Positions 56,411 to 64,000 of a DNA stretch of 64,000 nt are shown piece by piece; position 1 is the first letter of the stretch; the number at the start of each line of letters is the position of its first letter. Source of the stretch: a bacterium (lineage in GTDB: Bacteria > Bacillota > Clostridia > Christensenellales > DTU072). The notes below the pieces were generated by a model that saw only the letters and a list, made by a program, of their open reading frames with translations, did not search any database and had not been told where the DNA came from. The stretch is taken from positions 41,050-105,049 of the forward strand of contig CAVIQK010000004.1 in NCBI GenBank assembly GCA_963644945.1. The letters run 5' to 3'. Made by a program: the position numbers and the translations under genes.

Positions 56411-59400
56411 ATGGTTAAGAAAAAAAGTCTTATTTTCACAGCAATCGTAGCGCTTGTAATGATTGCTTTCATGGTATGTGCATGCACCGCACTCAACCCC
56501 GAAAAAAACGAATCTTATTCGGGATCTTCCTCTAATGCGAGCATCACCGGCGGAGAAGATAGTACTACCACGCAATTACAAATAGTCAAGAGCGAATATA
56601 AGTTCACGCAAGAACAAGCACTATCACGTATAAAAGCCGAATATCTCATAGAAAACGGTGGATATAAAGACACCGACAACGTAGTTGTCACCGTATCGCT
56701 AAAAGAAAAATCATTGATAGAATGTTACAATGAATATTACTACAAAAAATATAGCGATATAGGCGAATATGCGGCATCCGAAGACGGCAAAATCCAACTT
56801 GACAAAATAGAATCGGAACAAAGCAAAATGCTTGATTCGTTGTCAAACAAAGGCATAGAATCGAGTACCGTCTATACATATTCCACGATCCTCAACGCAT
56901 TGGCAATCGAAACGGCTTACGGCAACCTCGAAAAAATCGAAAGCATGTCGCAAGTATCTTTTGCAATGTTGTCTGACACATATAATCTCCCCACCACTAC
57001 ATCTGCAAGTTCCGATGCGTCCGGCATCGTCAACGACGTCGAAATATATTCGACAGGTATCTACGATTCATCCTCGGCAATTGACTCCAACGGCAATCAA
57101 ATCACCGGCAAAGGCACTGCCGTCGCCATACTCGACTCAGGTTTTGACTGCTCCCACTCGGTATTTTCCACAATGCCGAATTGCAGTGACGACGAACTCC
57201 TAATCAAAGAGTCCGACATAGACTCGTTTTTAGCAATCAAAGGCAACAATGCCTCCAAATTTACATCCGGACTAGAAACTTACCAAGTTTACCGCAACAA
57301 AAAAATTCCTTACGGCTACGACTATGCCGACAAAGATTACGATATTTTCCCTTATGACTCGGAGCATGGCACTCACGTAGCAGGAATCATTGGAGGCAAC
57401 GACGACGTAATCACCGGTATTGCGGTTGACACGCAGTTAGTCCTAATGAAAGTTTTTCCCGACCTTGACTCAGGCGGAAAGACCGAAGACATTTTGGCAG
57501 CCCTCGAAGATGCCGTTCTTCTCAATGTAGATGCAATCAACATGTCTTTGGGATCTTCTTGCGGATTTTCAAGAGAAGAAGACAATGCCCAACTCAACAA
57601 AGTTTATGACAGTATAGGCAATGCCGGTATCAGCCTAATCACCGCTGCAAGCAACGATTACAGCGCAGGTTACGGCGGAGCACAAGGCAACACCAACAAA
57701 GTCACCAACCCCGATTCGGGTACGGTAGGATCCCCGTCCACATACCAAGCATCCCTTTCGGTTGCAAGTATTTCGGGTACCAAATCGCCCTACATTGTAG
57801 CCAACGGCGACCAAGTATTTTTCTATAAGGAATCTAATTCCATAGCAGGCGAAGAAAACGACTTTTACGAAGAACTCTTTGCTTCACTTAAAAAGAACGG
57901 TTACTCCGACGAAGCACTTTCCGGTGACGTCACTTTACAATATGTCACAGTCCCCGGAATCGGCTCTGCCATCAACTTCGCATCCGTTGACGTCAAAGGC
58001 AAAATAGCCCTTATCAAGAGAGGTACCAACACCTTCGAAGAAAAAGCCGCCAATGCCAAAGCCGCAGGAGCCATTGCATGTATCATCTACAACAACATAG
58101 ACGGTGATATTTTGATGTCGATGGGCAAAACCGACCACATCCCCACAATTTCAATATCCAAGTCCGACGGCACCACGCTTGCCAAGAAGAGTTCAGGCAC
58201 CATGGTGTTCAATAAGTCCACTTCCAAGGCAGGCCCGTTCATGTCCGACTTTTCAAGTTGGGGACCGACTGCCGACCTAAAACTAAAACCCGAAATCACC
58301 GCACACGGTGGCAACATTTTGTCGGCTGTACCCAACGGACAATACGACGAACTCTCCGGCACATCCATGGCTACCCCCAACCTTTGCGGTATAGTCATTT
58401 TGATTCGTTCTTATCTAAAAGATAAATATCCCGACAAAACTTGGCCGGAAATCAATTCCCTTACCAACCAACTTTTGATGTCAACGGCGACGATAATCAA
58501 AAACGAAGAAGGCAATCCTTACTCCCCCAGAAAACAAGGTGCGGGACTTGCCAGCATGCGCAATGTTATCAACACCAAAGCCTACTTGTCGGTTGACGGA
58601 AGCGACAGACCAAAACTCGAACTTGGCGACGATGCGGAAAAGACCGGTGTCTATACCATGCAATTCAACGTCGAAAACTTTTCGACTACCAACGTAAGTT
58701 ATACATTTGATTTTGTCGGCATGTCCGAAAGTGTATCGACTTCGGACGAAACCTTCGTTTCCGAAACCCCTTACATTTTGGGAGGTACCGCCCAAGCCTC
58801 GCTACTTTCAGGCGATACGACAGCCACATTTGACGGCACGACCTTCACGATAAAAGCAGGACAAAAAGCCACAATAAAAGTCGTCTATACCTTGACCGAC
58901 GCCGACAAAAATTACATAGAGTCAAGTTTCCCCAACGGCATGTACGTAGAAGGATTTGTAAAACTCGTCCCCACTAATACCGAAGACGTCCAACTCAACA
59001 TCCCCTTCCTAGCCTTCTATGGCGACTGGACCGAAGCACCTCTTTTTGACAAAACTTACTACGAAGTAGAGTCCGAAGCCCACGACAACGCAATAGACGA
59101 CGAAGACAAACTCAAAGCCGACTACTATGCAACCACGCCTTACGGCTCGTATTACTACAACTACATTATTCCGCTCGGCACATATCTATACGATATCGAC
59201 ACCGACAAATACGATGCAATTCCCGCCTCGACCGACCACATCGCAATATCCAATTTCCTCGGCTCCATCGACGGAATAGGATCGGTTTATGCAGGACTAT
59301 TGCGTAATGCGAAGTCTATGACCTTCACCATAACCGACAAGGTTACGGGCGAAGTCGTCTATGAAACAGTCGATTACAATGCGACCAAAGCCCACTCCAA

Positions 59401-62400
59401 CGGTGGCACAGCCCTTCCTTACTACCAATTCGACAAGATCTATGCCACACAATTAGAACTTGTCAACAATCGTCAATACGAATTCAAAATGGTAGGACTT
59501 TTGGACTACGGCGACGGCGGATTGACCACCAATCTAAGAAACACTTTCCAATTCGACTTTACCATGGACAACGAAGCCCCCGTAATCAAGAGTGCCGAAT
59601 ATGAAAGGACATACGACAAAACCCTCAAAAAATATCGTTATTACGTGACTTTGACCGTATATGACAACCATTATGTCCAAGCCATAACCCCTATCATATT
59701 CACGTCCTCGTCAAGTTATACGACACTTTCCGACAACCCCATCCCCGTCTATGGCGAAAAGGGACAAGACACCAAAGTAAGATTTGAAATAACCGATTAC
59801 TTGGACGATGCCTACAAAGATCAAATTATTGCCAACGGTTTGTCTTTCTCCATCGAAGACTATGCCCTCAACACCAACCTTTACATTTGTCAATTACCGG
59901 GGACCAACGGCGATTTGAAGTTTACGAAAACAGGCGATGCCGAAGGATCGGACCTCATCATACTTACCGTCAACGAAGGCGACGTTGTCGATCTTACACA
60001 ATATCTGTCATCCACCGACAAAAATCTGGATGCCGACAAATCATACCTCAATCACTTGGTATGGACCACATCCAACGAAAATGTCGTGACGGTAGATAAA
60101 GGACTTGCCGTAGGTGTCAAAGAAGGTAGAGCCACCATCTCCGCAAAAGAGCAAATGGATGCTCGTCAAGCCGTCCTTATCATCAACGTAAAACCCAAAG
60201 ACAAAGAAACAACCTCGACAACCGCATCAAGCGTGGACACGACCGACAAAATGGCAATCAAAGAGGCAAGATTTACATATTTTGACACATTGTTTGCCTA
60301 TTCGAGAGCCGCCCAAACAAGCGAAATCAACACGACAGGATCGAGAGTTTTCATCAATTCACTGTCCTCGGGCATCAATTTCTACCCCGGCGAAAAAATC
60401 CAACTTTCCTATGATTTGTCGCCTTGGTACGTAAAAGATAAATATAAAGTGACATTTAGTTCAACCAACCCCACCGTCGCAACCGTAACCGACGAAGGTG
60501 TTGTCACAGGACTTAAAGAAGGTAGCACGACAATTTCTCTCAACATTGAGGGATCCAACATCAAGCCTTCCGTAAGAGTCACCATAAAGAGTCCGTTTGT
60601 CATCGAAAATCGTACTCTTATCGCCTACAAAGGACTCGGTGGCAATGTCGTCATCCCCGACGACGAAGGCATACTATATATAGGATCGTTTGCCTTCTGT
60701 CTATACACTACCGACTACACCATCGAAGTGTCCGACGACGACTATGACAAAAACAAGATTCCTTCAAGCAACACCACCGTCACCTCGGTAGTTATTCCGG
60801 ACGGCGTGCAAGAAATACAAAAATATGCTTTCTACAACTGTACGGGACTAAGAGAAGTAGCAATCCCTAATGACGTCAAATACATTAGAGAATATGCCTT
60901 CTACAACTGCGAAAAACTAGAAAGAGTCGTCCTCAACGACAACCTTACCGAAAACAAAGACTCCAAGACCTACCAAGATAAATATGTCCTAAACAACGGC
61001 AACTTTACCTTCAAGACCTCTACCGTACCTTCGTCGCTTACGGGTACCAAAGTAGAAGTTATAGGAGCCAACGCATTTGCAAAATGCGCAAAACTCAACA
61101 ACGTAGATCTTTCCAACGTCTATGCAATAGGAGTGAGAGCATTTGACGATTGTACATCTCTTTCGACCATTGACTTGACCAGTCTCAGAAACACCGGAAA
61201 AGAAGCATTTAGAGGCACGACCGCACTCGAAAGTGCCACAATGGTAAAAGATACAAAACTATCCTATGCAATGTTTGCGAAGAGCGGAATAAAGACAGTC
61301 GATCTTTACAACAACAATACCGACCTTCCCGAGTTCTTGTTCGCAAAATGTTCAAGACTGACCACCGTCAACGTTCATGGCGACATTGTCAATATAGGTA
61401 AAGGCGCATTTTCCGAATGCGATGCTTTGACCACCGTCAACTTTGTCGGCAAAGTCAAAAATATCGGAGAACAAGCCTTCTACAAGTCAACAGCCCTTGC
61501 GACTTTGACCTTACCTAACAGCGACGTTTCCATCGAATCTGATGCCTTCCGTGAAACGACAGGGCTTACCACGTTAAAGTTTGGTGCCAATACTCACATT
61601 ACAGGCATAACCGGTGCTTTATTCAAAGAAACAGGACTTAACACCTTCGAAGTGGATCCTCAAAACAGTTATTATCAAGCATCCGGCGTAGCCCTCAACG
61701 ACAAAGCCGGTACAACCCTCATACTCATGGGAGTAGGTGTAAATCTAGGCGAAGAATATACCTTGCCATCCAACTATACCAAAGTCGGCGATTCCGCATT
61801 TGCCGGAGCCACATTCAAAAAACTCGTAATCACCAACGAGAATGTCCAAATCGGTGCTTATGCGTTTGTAAATTGCGACAATCTCACGACAGTCGAGTTC
61901 CCGTCCGTAGCCGGCACATTGTCTATCGGCAACAATGCCTTCAACGGTGATACAAAGATCACCACACTTACCAATTTCGAATTGGTTAAAAACGTAGGTC
62001 AACTTGCCTTTGCCGCTACAAGTGTCAAAAATATCACCATCCCCGAAGGAGCGGTGTACGGCAACGGTGCATTCATGAACAGCAAGTTAGAAACCGTCAC
62101 CATCGGCAAAAATTCATCGTTCGGCATGAGTGTATTTAGAAATAATACCGAACTCGTCACCGTCAACATGCCTACGGAAGGCGGAGTTGTCCTTGGCGAA
62201 ATGATGTTCGCAGGCGACACAAAACTCATGACAATCGACCTTACCAAGACCAACGGCATTATTCCCGAAGAAGCCTTCTACGGATGCTCAAAACTTGCCA
62301 CAGCAGACCTAACAACGACGACAGTCATCGGCAATTATGCCTTCTCCGATTGTAGAAGTTTGTCCACTGTTACGACTGCCGAAGGACTTGTAGAGATAGG

Positions 62401-64000
62401 CGAAGGTGCGTTCAGTCGCAACTCGTCAAGCGGATCCGCTCCGTCCTTTACCTCATTCTCAATTCCTAGCACCGTCAAAAAGATAGGTATAGGCGCATTC
62501 CTCGGTTGCCAACATTTGACATCGATTGTAATCCCCGATGCCCTTGCGGATGCAACTAGCGATTATGCTTTCGGTAAAGCCGTCCAAGTAGCCGAAGGCG
62601 AAGAAGCGAGAAATCTAAACTATGGCGATATGCTCTTTATGTACTGCACATCCCTAAAAACCGTCACTCTTCCCGCAGGACTCAAAACCATAGGATCTAG
62701 CATGTTCTACGGATGTTCTTCGCTAACTACGGTCAACGGAATAGCATCTGTCGAAAAAATAGACGAATATGGCTTTGCCGCTTGTTCGACGCTAGAAAGC
62801 CTTGATATTCAAAACGTCAAAGAAGTAGGACTCGGAGCCTTTGCTCAAGCAGGACTAGTCGGTACACTCAATGCGAAAAACCTCGAAACAGTAGGCGACT
62901 ATGCTTTCCAAAGCACCAAGTTCTCATACATAAGCGCCCCCAAAGTCAAGACAATAGGCGAAGCCGCTTTCCAACTCAACACCAACCTAAAAATGTATAG
63001 TTTCGGCGACAGCATCGAGTCTATCGGCCTTATGCCTTTCTACGGATGTACCGCCCTTACCGAATTCACATTGGCAACGGGAAAAGATAGCGGAACAATA
63101 GGAAAAGACGACTATGTAAAACTAGAAGACGGCATACTTTATACCAAGATGGCATCCGGCAAATATCAATTATCGTCGGTACCTGCCGCCAAAGATATTG
63201 TCATACTCGAAGTAGCCGACGGCACCGCAAGAATCGACACTTATGCCGCCAACGAAAACAAAAATATCACGTATGTAGTCCTTCCCGACGGCTTAAAACT
63301 CATAGGCAATTATGCCTTCTACGGCTGTGAAAACCTTGACATTGTCGAGTTCAATTCGGCAGTTGCCCCTGCCCTAGAAGATTCCTACAACTCCGCAATA
63401 GCACTAGCAGAAGACGATCCCGGATACGACCTTATACACAACGTGTTTGACCTATTCGGACTCGAACTCTACTATTGCACCTTCGTTGACGTAGTAGGCA
63501 AAGTAGAACCTCTCGAAATGGTCCTTCCCAAAAACGACACCTTGTCGGGCTATGACGCACTACCTTACGAAGCATACTTCGGAGCGGTAGAAGATGCCAA
63601 GAGGAACGATTATATCGCAATGGACGAAAGTTTAGCCGAATTTATCGAATATGCCGAGAAGATTCAAAAGGCATCTACCATAACTCTCGCCTACGACGAC
63701 ATTGTGACCGAAGCCGTCACTATCTACAAATCACTTTCGACCGACGCCACAAAGTACGGCTACACCAAAGCCCAATGGTTAGACATGGTCAATGCGGTAG
63801 AAACGGCACAAAAAACCATCAAAACATTGAGAGTCAAGACGGCTACATACAAAGCCCAACAAATCCAAAAAGAGATCAACGAACTTTCCTCGACCTTCTC
63901 ATTGTCGATGATAGACACTTTGAAAGCCTTGACCAAGAAGTTGAACGACCTCGAAATTAGAGACAAAGCACTTCTCGACTTGACTACCTACAACGCTCTC
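56411..64000 (+). CDS. giant cell-envelope subtilisin-like (S8) protease lipoprotein with PA domain, Big_2 domains and a BspA-type LRR array; 3' end beyond the window
   Basis: It is not in the ORF track because it has no stop in the window. The frame from ATG 56411 (GAGGGA RBS) stays open for 2,530 codons to 64000. The lipobox-like signal is IAFMVCAC. The catalytic triad is D (AVAILDSGFD, about 57130), H (HGTHVAG, about 57365) and S (SGTSMATP, Ser codon 58364..58366). A PA domain (KGKIALIKRGTNTFEEKAANAKAAGA) and an Fn3-like IPFLAFYGDW segment are present. Confidence 0.85.
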   Translation, partial: MVKKKSLIFTAIVALVMIAFMVCACTALNPEKNESYSGSSSNASITGGEDSTTTQLQIVKSEYKFTQEQALSRIKAEYLIENGGYKDTDNVVVTVSLKEKSLIECYNEYYYKKYSDIGEYAASEDGKIQLDKIESEQSKMLDSLSNKGIESSTVYTYSTILNALAIETAYGNLEKIESMSQVSFAMLSDTYNLPTTTSASSDASGIVNDVEIYSTGIYDSSSAIDSNGNQITGKGTAVAILDSGFDCSHSVFSTMPNCSDDELLIKESDIDSFLAIKGNNASKFTSGLETYQVYRNKKIPYGYDYADKDYDIFPYDSEHGTHVAGIIGGNDDVITGIAVDTQLVLMKVFPDLDSGGKTEDILAALEDAVLLNVDAINMSLGSSCGFSREEDNAQLNKVYDSIGNAGISLITAASNDYSAGYGGAQGNTNKVTNPDSGTVGSPSTYQASLSVASISGTKSPYIVANGDQVFFYKESNSIAGEENDFYEELFASLKKNGYSDEALSGDVTLQYVTVPGIGSAINFASVDVKGKIALIKRGTNTFEEKAANAKAAGAIACIIYNNIDGDILMSMGKTDHIPTISISKSDGTTLAKKSSGTMVFNKSTSKAGPFMSDFSSWGPTADLKLKPEITAHGGNILSAVPNGQYDELSGTSMATPNLCGIVILIRSYLKDKYPDKTWPEINSLTNQLLMSTATIIKNEEGNPYSPRKQGAGLASMRNVINTKAYLSVDGSDRPKLELGDDAEKTGVYTMQFNVENFSTTNVSYTFDFVGMSESVSTSDETFVSETPYILGGTAQASLLSGDTTATFDGTTFTIKAGQKATIKVVYTLTDADKNYIESSFPNGMYVEGFVKLVPTNTEDVQLNIPFLAFYGDWTEAPLFDKTYYEVESEAHDNAIDDEDKLKADYYATTPYGSYYYNYIIPLGTYLYDIDTDKYDAIPASTDHIAISNFLGSIDGIGSVYAGLLRNAKSMTFTITDKVTGEVVYETVDYNATKAHSNGGTALPYYQFDKIYATQLELVNNRQYEFKMVGLLDYGDGGLTTNLRNTFQFDFTMDNEAPVIKSAEYERTYDKTLKKYRYYVTLTVYDNHYVQAITPIIFTSSSSYTTLSDNPIPVYGEKGQDTKVRFEITDYLDDAYKDQIIANGLSFSIEDYALNTNLYICQLPGTNGDLKFTKTGDAEGSDLIILTVNEGDVVDLTQYLSSTDKNLDADKSYLNHLVWTTSNENVVTVDKGLAVGVKEGRATISAKEQMDARQAVLIINVKPKDKETTSTTASSVDTTDKMAIKEARFTYFDTLFAYSRAAQTSEINTTGSRVFINSLSSGINFYPGEKIQLSYDLSPWYVKDKYKVTFSSTNPTVATVTDEGVVTGLKEGSTTISLNIEGSNIKPSVRVTIKSPFVIENRTLIAYKGLGGNVVIPDDEGILYIGSFAFCLYTTDYTIEVSDDDYDKNKIPSSNTTVTSVVIPDGVQEIQKYAFYNCTGLREVAIPNDVKYIREYAFYNCEKLERVVLNDNLTENKDSKTYQDKYVLNNGNFTFKTSTVPSSLTGTKVEVIGANAFAKCAKLNNVDLSNVYAIGVRAFDDCTSLSTIDLTSLRNTGKEAFRGTTALESATMVKDTKLSYAMFAKSGIKTVDLYNNNTDLPEFLFAKCSRLTTVNVHGDIVNIGKGAFSECDALTTVNFVGKVKNIGEQAFYKSTALATLTLPNSDVSIESDAFRETTGLTTLKFGANTHITGITGALFKETGLNTFEVDPQNSYYQASGVALNDKAGTTLILMGVGVNLGEEYTLPSNYTKVGDSAFAGATFKKLVITNENVQIGAYAFVNCDNLTTVEFPSVAGTLSIGNNAFNGDTKITTLTNFELVKNVGQLAFAATSVKNITIPEGAVYGNGAFMNSKLETVTIGKNSSFGMSVFRNNTELVTVNMPTEGGVVLGEMMFAGDTKLMTIDLTKTNGIIPEEAFYGCSKLATADLTTTTVIGNYAFSDCRSLSTVTTAEGLVEIGEGAFSRNSSSGSAPSFTSFSIPSTVKKIGIGAFLGCQHLTSIVIPDALADATSDYAFGKAVQVAEGEEARNLNYGDMLFMYCTSLKTVTLPAGLKTIGSSMFYGCSSLTTVNGIASVEKIDEYGFAACSTLESLDIQNVKEVGLGAFAQAGLVGTLNAKNLETVGDYAFQSTKFSYISAPKVKTIGEAAFQLNTNLKMYSFGDSIESIGLMPFYGCTALTEFTLATGKDSGTIGKDDYVKLEDGILYTKMASGKYQLSSVPAAKDIVILEVADGTARIDTYAANENKNITYVVLPDGLKLIGNYAFYGCENLDIVEFNSAVAPALEDSYNSAIALAEDDPGYDLIHNVFDLFGLELYYCTFVDVVGKVEPLEMVLPKNDTLSGYDALPYEAYFGAVEDAKRNDYIAMDESLAEFIEYAEKIQKASTITLAYDDIVTEAVTIYKSLSTDATKYGYTKAQWLDMVNAVETAQKTIKTLRVKTATYKAQQIQKEINELSSTFSLSMIDTLKALTKKLNDLEIRDKALLDLTTYNAL
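60607..63360 (+). repeat. coding array of BspA-type leucine-rich repeats (LRR_5-like) inside the S8 protease gene
   Basis: Units of roughly 23-25 aa recur with I/V-x-I-G-x-x-A-F-x-x-C-x-x-L. Examples are YIGSFAFC, IQKYAFYNCTGL, IREYAFYNCEKL, IGANAFAKCAKL, IGVRAFDDCTSL, IGKGAFSECDAL and IGNYAFYGCENL. Two Big_2-like units (VVTVDKGLAVGVKEGRATISA; VATVTDEGVVTGLKEGSTTISL) precede the array at about 60060-60590. Confidence 0.7.

Overview
The window looks like a chromosomal, mostly housekeeping segment from a low-GC anaerobic Firmicutes-type bacterium. The genetic code is standard: TGA is used as a stop, for example at 6678..6680 and 42204..42206. Coding density is about 90 percent. Intergenic DNA is very AT-rich and carries near-consensus sigma-70-type promoters and clear rho-independent terminators. 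I found no rRNA, CRISPR array, transposase, integrase or prophage signal.

Recognisable content, in order:
- a 3'-truncated membrane-anchored MBL hydrolase
- pyruvate:ferredoxin oxidoreductase
- ecfA1-ecfA2-ecfT-truA-rplM-rpsI
- PAP2 phosphatase plus an acyl-CoA ligase
- spoVG
- a degenerate MDR dehydrogenase
- a long co-directional array, 13.6-24 kb: rpmE, a DUF1385-PrmC fusion, prfA, a LeuA/NifV-family synthase, a small P-loop protein, thrC, trpS, DUF5685, an HPD-less J-like/TPR/Cys-rich protein, a membrane protein and an NYN/OST-HTH protein
- ung
- DUF1292 with a His6/Cys tail
- nadE
- a five-gene HydABC-type [FeFe]-hydrogenase cluster
- an EF-G paralog
- rpsT
- tRNA-Pro(GGG) followed by a GC-balanced, hairpin-rich non-coding stretch
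- SH3b and WG-repeat proteins, GDPD, ppa and an Ldh2-family oxidoreductase
- an MBL-less ComEC
- a polar amino-acid ABC operon
- an orphan fucI
- a surface-lipoprotein/Opp operon leading straight into a giant S8 protease-Big_2-LRR gene (over 2,530 codons, absent from the ORF track) that runs off the right edge

No defence or mobile system is visible. The most noteworthy items are:
- the protease-Opp nutrient-acquisition locus, in which every component is expanded
- the candidate structured RNA after tRNA-Pro
- the hydrogenase cluster variants: a TSCSPGW L1 motif, a Cys-less thioredoxin-like ferredoxin homolog and a GHKL ATPase-only protein
- the DUF1385-PrmC fusion
- an ABC ATPase with an insertion of about 115 aa
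- a recurring TTATGCA upstream motif

All functional calls rest on motif and family recognition by eye; no database search was run.
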